Source of the DNA: Octopus bimaculoides
Taxonomy: Eukaryota
Assembly (NCBI RefSeq): GCF_001194135.2
Contig: NC_068983.1
Location: forward strand, 100,241,798-100,305,797
Reading direction: 5' to 3'
Length of the DNA stretch: 64,000 nucleotides
The notes beneath the pieces were generated by a model. That model did no database searches, was not told the origin of the DNA, and saw nothing but the letters and a program-made list of their open reading frames with translations. Positions 50,730-62,943 of the stretch are shown here, piece by piece. Made by a program: the position numbers and the translations under genes. The stretch's first letter is position 1, and the number at the start of each line of letters is the position of its first letter.

Positions 50730-51050
50730 TGGCACTCCATTGGTTATGACAACAAGGTTCCTGTTTTTCTAATCAACAAACAGTTTGCTCGTAAAATTAA
50801 CGCACAAGTGGCTGAATACTCCACAGACATGCATACCATAAGGTAGTTCTCAGGGAGATTCAGCCTCACACAGAATGTTACAAGGCTGGCCCCTTTGAAT
50901 TACAGCTATAACTCATTTTTGCCTGCTGAGTTGACTGCAGCAAGGTGAAGTAGAGTACCTTCCTCAAAAACAGTGCACCGCAGTAAATCATACTTGTGAC
51001 TCTTTGATCGTGGGCTGAATACCCCTAGCCACTGAGCCAATCACCTTCAC
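50730..51050 (-). mobile_element. Older SINE sharing the family A 3' half but with a different central domain; related pieces at 50300-50460 and 57825-58140
   Basis: GGCACTCC...AAGTGGCTGA.TACTCCACAGAC...CCCTTTGAATTACAG is shared with family A, followed by ..CTGAGT.GACTG.AGCAA instead of the family A core. Confidence 0.7.
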
Positions 51051-51464
51051 TCTCTTAACCATAGAGTAAAGGAGTGAAGCAATAGGGAGAGAGAAAGGAA
51101 AGCCTCAGTCATTTACAATGACAATTAAAATGAAACATGATTGATCTTTTCTAGCTTCTTTACTTTTAACAATGAAGAAGTAGGAAAGACATTTTGTAAT
51201 GAATAGAGGGAAAGTCTTTCAGGTGTTTATGTTTTTATTCTGGGAGTTCTAGAACAATTGACTGTTAGTTATCTCTTCTTTCCCCCACCCGTGGTACTTA
51301 TTTGCCTTCTTTCATAGTTCTTCATGTCTTTTAGTTGGAGGGGAAAGACCATGTTCTTTTTCAGGCACGTTTAGCATTTTCTCTATAAACTACAAACAAG
51401 CCCCCACTTTCTTCCTCTTTTTTTTTTTCATAGAAAAACTAATACAAATTTCGAAAGAAGCCCG

Positions 51465-51500
<36 letters not shown>

Positions 51501-52392
51501 TTTATGTGTGTGTGTTTGTGTCTGTATTTTTTTCCCCACCATCATTGTTTGACAACTGATGTTGGTGCGTTTGCATCTCCGTAACTTAGCTGTTCGGCAG
51601 AAGAGACTGATTGAATAAGCACTAGGCTTACTGGGAATAAGTCCAGGGTCGATTTCTTCAAATAATTGAAACAAGTAAAAGAATAAAAGAATACCAGAAG
51701 AACGTTCTGTATCACTAAACTAAGAAAGTTCTTTGAATATGTGCGATATATTTTAAGGTTAAATAATAATTCTGTTTATGTTTGCATAAGTGAGATATTT
51801 TGGTTGGATTATATAATTATCGGTTTTGCACTTCTTTCTATATTCTGTAACTGTCGCAATATAGAAACATTTCTCATGGCACCAGCGCACAATTTACAGA
51901 TGCTTACATTTTTTATGTATTCCGTGAATTTTTCATGGGTCCAGCTAGTACTACCACTATTACTACTACCACCACCATCACCACCACCACCACCACCACC
52001 ACCACTACATCTACTACTAACTGCCACCGCTGTTGCTACTACTACTACTACCACTACCACCATCACCACCACCACACCACCTCTATCATTGTTGCTTTCA
52101 TAGCACTTTTCCAACCATTTCCTTCTGAACATCAAAATCTGGTTACCCTGACCATGTTCTCTTATCTGCTTTAATATTGTGCAACGTAGTATTGATGTTT
52201 TGTGGTCCTTAACATTTCTTTGGATATCTTCGAGAGTCAGTACTTATTCACTTGGAATCTAAGCATCTTTGCTAACCACTTTAGGTGAGTCATATGACGA
52301 AACCACTGTAGATTAGATTTCTCCAACTGATAACATCATTGACAAGTAACGTACCAAAGTGGTTTCTTCAGGTACATGTTTTATGGCCAATG

Positions 52393-52756
52393 CTGATGAC
52401 ATGTGAAAGGCACATGTACTGGTGACATGTGAAAAGCATATGTTCTGGTGACACATGAAAGGCACCTGTACCAGAGACATGCAACAGGCACCCGTGCCAG
52501 TGATACATTAAAGGCACCTGTGCTGGTGACATGTGAAAGGTACCCATGCCAGTGACATGTGAAAGGTACCCATACTAGTAACAAGTGAGAGGCACCTGTG
52601 CTGGTGACAAACAAAAGGCACCCATACTGGTGACGCATGAAAGGCACCCATGCTGGTGACAATTGAAAGGCATCTGAGCCAGTGATGCATGAAAGGTACC
52701 TGTGTCAGTGATACACGAAAGGTAGCCATGCCAGTGACATGTGAAAGACATCCAGT
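52393..52756 (+). repeat. 26-bp minisatellite x14 (consensus ~CYRGTGACRYRTGAAAGGCACCYRTG) fused to a SINE family D core and tail (to ~52912)
   Basis: Fourteen consecutive 26-bp units counted. The last runs straight into ..TACACTC...GTTAGAAAGGGTATCC...(GAT)n. Confidence 0.9.
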
Positions 52757-53139
52757 ACACTCTATGGAGTGACAGATGTTAGAAAGGGTATCCTACTGTA
52801 GAAACCAAGCCAAAACAGACTGAACCCTGGTGCAACTCTCTGGCTTATCAGTTTCAGTGAAATCATCTAATCCATGCCAGCATGGAAAGCAGTTGCTAAT
52901 TGATGATGATGATGCTAATGATAATAATAAGATGGTCATCCAATCATGATGCTGCTACTTTAAATGAGATTGTTTTAGTACAAGTATAACATTAATTTTC
53001 CAGAACCTTTTGTTCCAAAACCTTTCTTGTTTACTGATTTTGTTTTCCAAGCCAGGGTTGGTCACCTTGGCCAACACACTCTATATTAAACAAACATTAA
53101 ATTTATTTAAGTAATTAAATGAAATATAGGTACCTGTAT

Positions 53140-53501
53140 GTGGAGGCGCAATGGCCCAGTGATTAGGGCAGCAGACTCGCGGTCATAGGATCGCGGTTTT
53201 CGATTCCCAGATCAGGCATTGTGTGTGTTTATTGAGCGAAAACACCTAAAGCTCCACGAGGCTCTGGCAGGGGATGGTGGCGAACCATGCTGTACTCTTC
53301 CACCACAACTTTCTCTCACTCTTTCTTCCTGTTTCTGTTGTACCTGTACTTCAAAGGGTCAGCGTTGTCACACTGTAAACTACATTAAGGGTACACGTGT
53401 CAGTGGAGTGCTCAGCCACTTGCACACTAATTTCATGAGCAGGCTGTTCCGTTGATCGGACCAACTGGAAGCCTCGACGTCGTAAGCGACGGAGTGCCAA
53501 C
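53140..53501 (+). mobile_element. Young SINE family A with 11-bp TSD and a small internal deletion
   Basis: TSD AGGTACCTGTA at 53128-53138 and 53502-53512. Confidence 0.92.
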
Positions 53502-54405
53502 AGGTACCTGTACATTAATATAAATGATACAGGTTTATTAATACTGTACTGTGCAAGGTGCCAATAAACTAGTCTATCAATTGCAGGAATTTGGAGTTCC
53601 AACTCACAAATTAGTGTACATTATAAGAGGTTCTGGACTATCAGTATCCAGAACGTTGGTGTTGTACCTATATTTGATATTTTGAAACCAGATTTCACTG
53701 ACATTGAACAGCATACTATGAACTCATTGTAGATATGCCCTTCAGCATGCAAGAATATACACTAGTTATGCAGAATGAGCAGTAATGAAATATTTTCTCC
53801 AGCAAACTGATTTTACGTGTCACCTGCACAGGAGCCAGTCCATCGGCACTGGCAACGATCTCGCTTGAATGTCTTACTGGCAACGGCCATGCTCGAAATG
53901 GTGTATTTTACTAGTCACCTGCACAGGAGCCAGTCCATCGGCACTGGCAACGATCTCGCTCGAATGTCTTTTCACATGCCACTGGTACAAGTACCAGGAA
54001 GGCGACGTTGGTAATGATCACGCTGGTGCAATTTACGTGCCACCAGCACAGATGCCAGTATTTTACTAAACTAATTACAATTATTTAAATTTCAGTTAGG
54101 TAAAAATAAAAATAAAAATGCAAACCTGTAAGAGTATCATTTTGTATTTAACAACTAATATTTTTCATTCAAAATAAGTTCTGATTTTATCTTGTACTAC
54201 CCACCAAAAGTTTGATTATAGACAATAAACATAATGCCAGATTTCTAAGTACCATTTGACTGGGCAAAGCATTCCAAGAAATTATCCTCATTTGTTCCCA
54301 AGATTCTATTAAATTAAATGATTTCTAACTTAACCTACCAATTAAGTTTCTTAAATCAATTGTCCAAGTCTTGACAAAAGAAAAACAGTGACAGGTTCAA
54401 TTCTC

Positions 54406-54620
54406 TTAACCTTTTAGCATTTAAACTAGCAATATCTGGCCCAAATATTCTCATGTTTTATATTAAAAATGGTCAGATCTGACTTCTTACATCTATCCTA
54501 CAATGTCATTCTAAAAATACACTATCTCAACATTGATGCTACAAAATAATGCATATTTAATTCAAAACAATGTAAATAAGCATTACATTTGACAGAGTAA
54601 TCTAGATACTAAAGGGTTAA
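54406..54620 (+). mobile_element. piggyBac-type MITE
   Basis: TTAA-CCTTTTAGCATT...ATACTAAAGGG-TTAA. Homologous to 34370-34593. Confidence 0.75.
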
Positions 54621-55057
54621 TATGTCAATTGTTGTTAATTGCTGGTAAAGACCATATTTTGTTTTGCAACCATAATACACTACCAAATATATTAAAGATT
54701 TATAAGTCAATGCTGTGTTCTACTTTTGTGTTATCAGTACATTGTTTTCATTAATATGAACAGACCAGTTGCCAGGAATGTGTTTAATATGTAAATTGGT
54801 TTATCCAATAGTGTTACATTACTAAACTTAGTGGCTGTTTAAGCAATGTATTTGTGGATAATTAATGGGTTGGATGTGGTACTGAAGAAGGAGCAATAAC
54901 TCCTGAAATATGCATATACACCCATTACCTATTTTTCTGTTTTTGATTACATTGTTTATATAGATGTATATGAAGCATCATAACTTTCAGTGCTGGCTCT
55001 ACATTTTATAGAAAATCTTTAGAGATAAACTTGATGTCATTTGTTGTGTATTTTCAG

Positions 55058-55196
55058 AAGTTCATTAAATACTGACCCAATATTTGATAGACCAACTAGC
55101 CCAAGTTTTGAAACCATGGTATCAGACATTCCTCTTAGTAACAGTCTGACGTCAACTGCCACAAATCCATCCTGTCCATCTCCTGTTTCTTCTATG
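55058..55196 (+). CDS. VEPH1: VEPH1 coding exon 8 (Ser/Pro-rich linker SSLNTDPIFDRPTSPSFE...PSPVSSM)
   Basis: TATTTTCAG| acceptor, strong ATG|GTGAGT donor. Phase 2 to 0 bridges exons 7 and 9. Confidence 0.75.
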
Positions 55197-56893
55197 GTGA
55201 GTGACATGAATGCTGTCTATATTTTGTTTTTCACCCCCCTCCTACCACCACAAGTGAGTTTAAAATGTAATTTGGTGAGGGTGCATGGCCTCATAGTGTT
55301 GCACTCTCAATTGCCAGACTGGTGTGCATTGTGTTCTTGAGTAAATTACTTTCACATTGTCTCATTCCACTCAGCTGTAAATGGGTTATCCCTGCAATGG
55401 ATTGGTGTTTCATTCAGGGGTAATGTTAGCCTGCCCACCTAGCCAGTGTGCTAGCATCATTTGAAAATTACAACAATGTGAGGAAGTGCATTGTGATCAG
55501 TGGTGTATAACAGCATCTGATAGTACTAAAAAGTGTGTTTATTTGGGAAGTCTGTTGTGTAGCATTATTCTGTAGTAATGTCCTTATATAAATATAAATG
55601 AATAATTATATTCTTGGGAATAGAAATTTCCCTTATGAATTGTTTTACACACTGGCTTCCTGATAAAATTCTTGTAAAAGATTTTTATCCTTTTTGAATT
55701 TATTAATCAAATATCTCCTTTTTTATAGGTATGAGGTTTTATGTGTGTAGGTGGTAAAGTTTATGAAGGTGTAAATGATTAATTAATAATTTCACTGATT
55801 AGTGTAGTAAGCAGTACACCTTTAGAGGCTCTATGTTTACTGCTTATTTTCCCCTAACTTTTTTTGTGCATATGTGTGTGTGTGTGTGTGTATAAACATT
55901 CATTCATACATACATACATAACTTAAGACTTCTCTTCTGTAGCTGGCTCTCCTCACCACTTTATGCACATAACTGCCAGGTACAGAATTCTTTTTCTGTA
56001 CATAAGCCTGTCAAGTCTCGGTGTTTTAGTGATCACCTTTAACTAATCTGCTTCAAAACTTTGAAGCCATTTCCTCTTTACAAGTATTTACATTGAGATT
56101 TGAAAACAATCCACAATGAAAATAAGCCAAGAAATTAGACACCTCTCACTGTATTAAATTAACAGTTGCCTACAACCCTCAACTACCAATTAGCAGCCTA
56201 CAGCTCTTACATCCAATGTCTCTAACCCTGTCAAGCCTCTAACCCTGCCTAATAGAAACGGTTATTATTAATAGTAGCCTTTTTCACTACCTCAGATTAC
56301 TTTTTGTTGTCAATGATCTAGATCTTTTGGGGATCTCTTGCATTTAGCAAGCAAAGGGAGACCAAAATGACAATCTTTTAAGGATAGGCAGTAATTTTAT
56401 ATAGTTACTCAACCTGCAAGAGTTGGTAGCCACCTCTCTCTCAGATCAAACCCCACTACTTTCTTCAAAAAAAAAAAAGAAGGAAAAGCACATGCAATAA
56501 TATAATCCTTGACAACATGCCTGAGATAAAAAGGATAAAAAAATGGATAGTAATGGAATACCTTTGATCATAAGTAGATGCATATTGCTAAAAACAGATA
56601 AGTACAGCTGGAATATTTTTAACCGTAGGTTTAGTCAATCAGAGATGATCTGCGGGCCAAATAGCATCATTTTGTTTTGTTGATGTTGTTTAGACCCAGT
56701 TGAACTTTGATGAGACAGACCTATAATCACAGTTGTTCAAGTTGTCACTACCTCCTCTCTTTCTCTCCCCTCTCTCTCTTAGTGTCTCTACACATGACTA
56801 TATTATTAATGCATCCTTCCTATCTAAAGACAGTAGGATACAATACGAGGGAGATTTACCTGATATTTTGAGTTGCCAAGTAATTGTTTAGAT

Positions 56894-57039
56894 CAGGCAT
56901 CGACAACCTTTTTCAAGAAGTGGGCTACATGAGACATGGGTCATCATCAAACAGGCTGAACTACTAGAAAAAATTGAGATAATTTCCCATTAAGCATGCC
57001 ATTCAGAAAGTCCTGTGGGTTGCAGTTTGGCTATGACTG
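56894..57039. mobile_element. hAT-type MITE with imperfect 8-bp TSD
   Basis: CAGGCATCGACAACC ... AGTTTGGCTATGACTG ends, flanked by GTTTAGAT / CTTTAGAG. Confidence 0.45.
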
Positions 57040-58222
57040 CTTTAGAGGCTCCTTGACAGTTTGTCATTATCTTGTCTTTGGAAACTTTAGTGTCAGCAAA
57101 ATCATTGACTATGACTTGGGAAAAACTTTAGTGTACAAAAAAGAGAAAGACTACTGTTAGGTCTGTAATGTGTGTGGAAGATGTCAATTGTATAAAGAAC
57201 TACCAAGCACTAAAGATAAATCTTGAGGAAGAGAGATTGAAGAAAATAGGGGAAGAAGTGTAATTGACCTACATGTTTGACTGTTATAATATCTCATAAA
57301 TATAACTTGTCCACCAGCTGCATTTAGTTGTTGTTACATGAATTTGGTATTTGCATATCTGATTAAAACAATATGTCTTGGACATAAGATAAATACTATC
57401 TTAATTTATGTTTTTACTGCATACATACATTCATGCAGGCATGGTTGAATTTAGAGGAAGCCTCAGAACCTTATAACATGGCATATATTTGAACTTAATC
57501 CTGATGTTTCTATTGATTCTGTGGTTTATCTAAAAGTTTGGTTACATCTTCCAGACTTTTCTTTCTGTCTCTTAATGGTTTATTTTCTGCTATGTTTTAC
57601 AACAAACATTTTATTCCTCTTTAACAACCTGTATACAGTTATCATCTATATGCAAACTTGACATTTCACCTCTGATCTTGAACAGTATTTCCCAGAGTTC
57701 TTCAGAAGACACATAAAAATTATTCAGGTGTTGTTCAATGCCAAAACATCCTCCATTTATGTATTTTTATTTCACATGCAACCAACTGTGTATCAATGTA
57801 TGCACAGTCACACATACCTACAGGCTGGCACTCTGTTGGTTATGATGACGAGTGTTCCAGCTGATCAAATCAACAGAACAACCTGCTCGTGAGATTAATG
57901 TGCAAGTGGCTGTGCACTCCACAGACACGTGTACTCTAAACATAGTTATCAGGGAGATTCAGCGTATCACAGAATGTGGGAAGACTGACCCTTTGAAATA
58001 CAGGTACGACTCACTTTTGCCAGCTGAGTGAATTGGATCAACAGGAAATAAAGTGTCTTGCTCAAGAGCATAACACACCCGCAGGTATCAAACTCATGAC
58101 ATTATGACCGTGAGCCAAATACCCTAACCATTAAGCTATTTCCCTCACTACCTACATACAAACCCAAGTATACATCACTTCCTGTGTTTGTTTTAACTTT
58201 TTGTAATTTTTTAATTTCTCAG

Positions 58223-58340
58223 AAGGAACTGTATCGTGATGTTGTCCAACAGTTTTGTGAAAAGCATCTTGGAAAGATCCGTGTTTTTATCAATAATGTG
58301 ACTGCTCGTTTGCCATCACCTGTAAAATGTAGTGTTGTTA
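58223..58340 (+). CDS. VEPH1: VEPH1 coding exon 9 (KELYRDVVQQFCEKHLGKIRVFINNVTARLPSPVKCSVV)
   Basis: TTTCTCAG| acceptor, TTA|GTAAGT donor, phase 0 to 1. Colinear with VEPH1 YQDKLYxHLKKNLxKVK...IPVPxxC. Confidence 0.9.
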
Positions 58341-58575
58341 GTAAGTACTTTTTTTTTTTAAAACCACATTTTTTGAATTGTAACTATTATCTGACACAAT
58401 ATTCTTCAGCATTGTGTTATAATGTGGGATTAGATAAAGCTGTTGTTTTAATGTGATTAGTTGATTTATTAAGTGAAAATTATATAAACCTTCCTCTCGT
58501 TTTTTTCATCTATATTTTGCCATCCTAATATCTGATCTATTAATTTCATGCTATGTTTATACTTTATTTATCTAG

Positions 58576-58718
58576 ATGGTCGCCATAAACGTTACGTTAA
58601 GCTAAACTTTGTATGTTCCAGTCATCGAGGAGATGAGTGTCTTTATAGTAATAATTGTTTTGTGTTAATTACACACATACCCAAAACCTGGATTCATCTC
58701 ATGTTTCTAGCTTTACAG
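58576..58718 (+). CDS. VEPH1: VEPH1 coding exon 10 (GRHKRYVKLNFVCS...CLYSNNCFVLITHIPKTWIHLMFLALQ)
   Basis: TTTATCTAG| acceptor, CAG|GTTAGT donor, phase 1 to 0. Contains KLxFxC...CLYS..F.L....P..WI..MFL. Confidence 0.93.
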
Positions 58719-59299
58719 GTTAGTGACTTTTACATAGTTTTTTTAATTAGATATTTTATTGTTATGTAGAAGTATGTTAATCTAATTAAATAATTTTCTT
58801 TGAAAAAATTGTTGAAATGCAAAGAAAAGAAACACTTTAAAAATTTAACAAAGCCCTTATATGTTTTCATCAGCTTTGTTATTAAACAATTTACCAGTAA
58901 TTAATATAACCATTAACTACTGGTAAATCATCATCATTTGACATCTGCTTTCCATGTTTGCCTGGGCTACATGGTTTCACAGGGGCTGACAAACTAGCAG
59001 ACTGCATCAAGCTCTGCAGCCTGCTTTAGTATGGTTTCTGCAGCAAGCACTTTACAAAGTGTACAACACATCTCAAGACAAATTTTGAAAATTACTTTTT
59101 ATAATGTAAATTGATGATGCCATACTAGGTCAAATGATTCTGTAAGCTGTTGGTAGGAGTCATCTATGGTAGAGCTAGCTTATAAAAACAAAGGGATAGA
59201 TTTATTAGATTACATCTGAGAATGAGGTACATCATAAAAGAATAACAAAGGATCATGGTGCAGTGGCATCATACAACCTGACTGGAAGAGGGGGATAAT

Positions 59300-60585
59300 T
59301 ACCCTACTATGGAGCAATTATGGGGCTCTTACACTTGTCTCTGTGTCCATTAAGGTCTTTCCTAGGGTCATCTTGAATAGAGTGTGAAATCATCTGCTTG
59401 CTTCTCAGCAGCTGGGGCAGTTAGGATTCATGCCAAAGAAGTCTACTACTGACAAGATTCTGGCTCTTTGTGTACTCATTGAATGCAGGTGGAGCTTTTG
59501 GCAGGAGCTGCTTGTAGCCTATGTCATCCTCTGCAACGTGTTTGAATTAGTGGACAAGATGTGCTTTGGAGGATTCTGGAACTGCAAGGCACACCTCCTT
59601 AACTAATTGAGCTGATTATGGCCTTGTACACCAGAACAGTCAGTGTTGATTGAGATTGGGGGCTCAGCATCTGACGTTTTACGAGTTAAATCTGGGGACC
59701 ATCAAGACTGTGCCTTGGCTCCCACTCTGTTTAATGCCTGCTAGCTTGATCGAGTTTTGGTATACTCATTGGTGAAACTAGGATTACAGACCTAGATTTT
59801 GCTAATGGTGCAGTTATTCTTGCTGAGTCTCTGGATGTCTTAAGGAATGCTCTTTTTTCACTAAGTAAGGAAGTGGAGCTATTATGTCTTTGAGTCTCTT
59901 GGGTCAAGGCAAAGATCCATTCCTTCTCTGCTTTCTTGGAGGATTCCATCTTGTCTGTCTTTGTTGTGGGTGAGAATGTCAGAGTTGTTGACTGCTTAAC
60001 TTATCTTAACAGTGAGATTCATAGTGACATTAGCTGTGAGTCTGAAATCCTAAAAAAAGATTAGATGAGTTGGTGCAGTTGTAGACTCATTGGACAAGTG
60101 TGTTTGGCAATGCTGATATCTGAGCAGGAGGACAAGGGTTTGAATCTTTACATCTTTAGTCCTCCCTATCCTACTCTGTTGTTGTGAGACTTGGATACTG
60201 CCCCTGACTTTTAGGAGTCACCTGAACTCCTTTGGTACCAGGATGCTTTGCAAGATTGTGGGTTACCACTGGTCAGATTTTTATCCAACCAATGACTCTA
60301 CTTAGAAACTGGCATATGTCCTGTTACTTGTATGACTTGGGAACACCAGCCCAAACTGTTTGGCTTGATTTTCCAAGTTAGACCCTGCTTATCATGTTCT
60401 TTTCACTGAAGATCTAGCTGGATTGATGGGGCATGTTGGTTGACCACATGGTCACAGCAGATGAGGAAGTATCTCACAGAGATGGAGGATTGACTAGGAT
60501 TTTACTTGATAGGTTGCCTGAGGAGACCTAAGAATATACTGACAAACGCAGTCCATTCCCCCGTACTTTACCTGACCTGATGATG
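59300..60585 (+). mobile_element. Decayed RTE-type LINE, RT domain to 3' end
   Basis: QLGFMPKKSTTDKILAL (cf. QxGFxPGRSTTD), GDHQDCALAPTLFNAC (cf. GVRQGCVLAPTLF) and DLDFANGAVILAE (cf. FADD). Many stops and indels. Confidence 0.85.
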
Positions 60586-62150
60586 CATGGTATGATACTG
60601 TACGGCAAATTTATATCATTTATTTTATTAAGAAACACAAAAAAATGTAATTATGACAACTACAACAATGCTAGTGGTGTTGATAATAGCTAGTAGTTCA
60701 TGATCTGCTACAAACTTTTAGTTTGCTATTAGTATTTTACATCCATGATTTTCCCATACATAGGTGGGATAGTTTTGGTAGATTTTCACATGTACTAATT
60801 ATTGGATTGAGTATTTTTATAGCTGGATGATTTTTCTGACAGCTATTCACAAAGTGAGAAGGTATCAGCTAAGCAGTAGGCAGTGTTATGTACCTCACCT
60901 AAGACTATGAAACATTTCAATTGATATTTCTTAATTTAACTTATTTCGATTATTTCTTAATGACATAAGTGAAATGAATTTGCCATACAGTTTCCCATCA
61001 TGCACCATGACCCTTTGTCATTCTTTTTTATGATGCACATCATTCTCAGGTCACTTTTTTCTATAAGCTAGCTTTATCATGGATAACTCCTGCCAACAGC
61101 TCATAGAAATGCTTGACCTAGTTTGTATCATTAAAAATAATTGTAGCTACATTGAAAATTCTGATGATATTAACAAGTGTTTATACATATCTCTAAGCAT
61201 ATCTTTATATATTTTTATCTATTATATTTGTAGATATTTTAATAGTATGTCTTGTGTGTACAGTTAAATGTACAACTGCTTCTGTTGAGTTTAGAACTCC
61301 ACCTAGAGTATTATCAGTTAATCTGCTTCCAGCATAGTGGTGTGGTTACTACTATTCTTAATAGTATTACTGGTTATGATACATAGAACAAATGTAGAAG
61401 AAATTATGATAAGCACATGTGTATATTATTTATTCCCTACATTTTATTCACTGCAATAATTGTTTGGAACTTCTGTATTGGATGTTACAATTGGATGCTT
61501 AACCACAATGGATTGTATGTAGGAACACTTCATATAAGCTTGTATTTATATTAATTTCTTTGATATTTTAATAAAGATAATGATTTATTTAACTAGTTTA
61601 GTCAAGTTCAATTTTTATAAGACTCCAATTTTAATACCAGTGCACACTTATCTTCTATATTGACTACTGAATAGATGTAATTCATATCTGATTTAGTTTT
61701 ACTGTTACTCTGTATTTAATTTTTTAAAAATGTTTTAATAAAATTATTTTAATATTCTTTTCTTTGCTTGCTAAAAAGCAAATATTTGGGTACATTTCCT
61801 TATTGTAGAGTCATAAAATTTACACCAATTCTTTCTTTAGCAATTTTGTCACTTGTGTTAAGCATGAGAAATACTGCTATCCAAATTGATAGGTATTGGC
61901 CTACCACCTAAAGAGCTGGTAGTTCATATCTCAGCATCTGTAAATATGCTCACCATCTAGAAATAAATACTATGTTAATAAACTATTACTTGTAGAAGTT
62001 GAAGCGCTGAGTAATTGGTGTTTGTTTCATTATCTTGCAGTGCTTTAGTAACTTACAGTGCATGAGTAAAGTCTGGTTATGTTAGGTTTAAATACATTAT
62101 GTGAAGTGTCAGTACCTCTGTAACCCAAACAAATTATAGAAATCACTTTA

Positions 62151-62256
62151 TTTAAGTATGTAGAATAGGCACAATTCATTTAAGTATGTAGAATAGGCAC
62201 AATTCATTTAAGTATGTAGAATAGGCACAATTCATTTAAGTATGTAGAATAGGCAC
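62151..62256 (+). repeat. Perfect 28-bp tandem repeat (TTTAAGTATGTAGAATAGGCACAATTCA) x3.8
   Basis: Directly visible identical units. Confidence 0.95.
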
Positions 62257-62762
62257 TAGAGCTTCTGAGAAAATTTGTATGATAGATTAAATATTTATCT
62301 AGGAGAATATTTGTTTGTCACTGGAAAAAATTAAGTTAAACACCGATCTTTGGATTTAAGTCACATGAAAGATTTATTTATATATAGCCTTAGGTGACAG
62401 AAAATGTACATATGTACATTTCTACAATTACAAATTTGTAGTGGGAGATATAAATTTTAGATAAGAACATGTATTATTGCATATACTGTTATATATTGTA
62501 TATTACTATCTATAATGATGTGCTACAATTATGCTTTGTGTATTTTTTATGGCAGTGATGCTGCAGCAGTTTACTCCTAACTTATAGTTTCCATTTGCAA
62601 TACCCATTTTATCACTCACTCTGTTGTTTGAAAATTTCGCATGATTTTCCATTTTGTTTGCTTCAAAGTTCTATGTTTTCTTACCTATAAAGCAAATCCT
62701 TTTTTATAATTTCTAAAATTTGTTTATTCAAAACATTTAAGTTTTGTGATCTTTCTTTTTAG

Positions 62763-62897
62763 GCCAAAGCCAGTTCTGCTTTAGGCCAACAAGATACATC
62801 TGTAAGTTGTCTGAAACGATGTTGGGATGCTCTGAAGTCAGAAAAAGGCCCAAGTAGTTTTCTTACTGTTGTTACATCATCATTTCCATCAGCTAAG
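62763..62897 (+). CDS. VEPH1: VEPH1 coding exon 11 (AKASSALGQQDTSVSCLKRCWDAL...SFLTVVTSSFPSAK); the gene continues beyond the window
   Basis: TTTCTTTTTAG| acceptor, AAG|GTTAGT donor, phase 0 to 0. Colinear with VEPH1 SVxxLRxLW...SF.....FP. Confidence 0.88.
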
Positions 62898-62943
62898 GTT
62901 AGTAATTAATTCTATTTTATCAATTCATATTTTTTTACTTATA

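Noticed and set aside
51809-52174. Poly-Pro/Thr/His/Gly ORFs (also 31.4-31.8 and 49.8 kb)
   Set aside because: They are translations of compound trinucleotide microsatellites with no splice or homology support.
52393-52756. CRISPR-like appearance of the 26-bp array (also the 16-, 28- and 66-bp arrays)
   Set aside because: The units are contiguous with no unique spacers, there are no cas genes, and the context is a eukaryotic intron.
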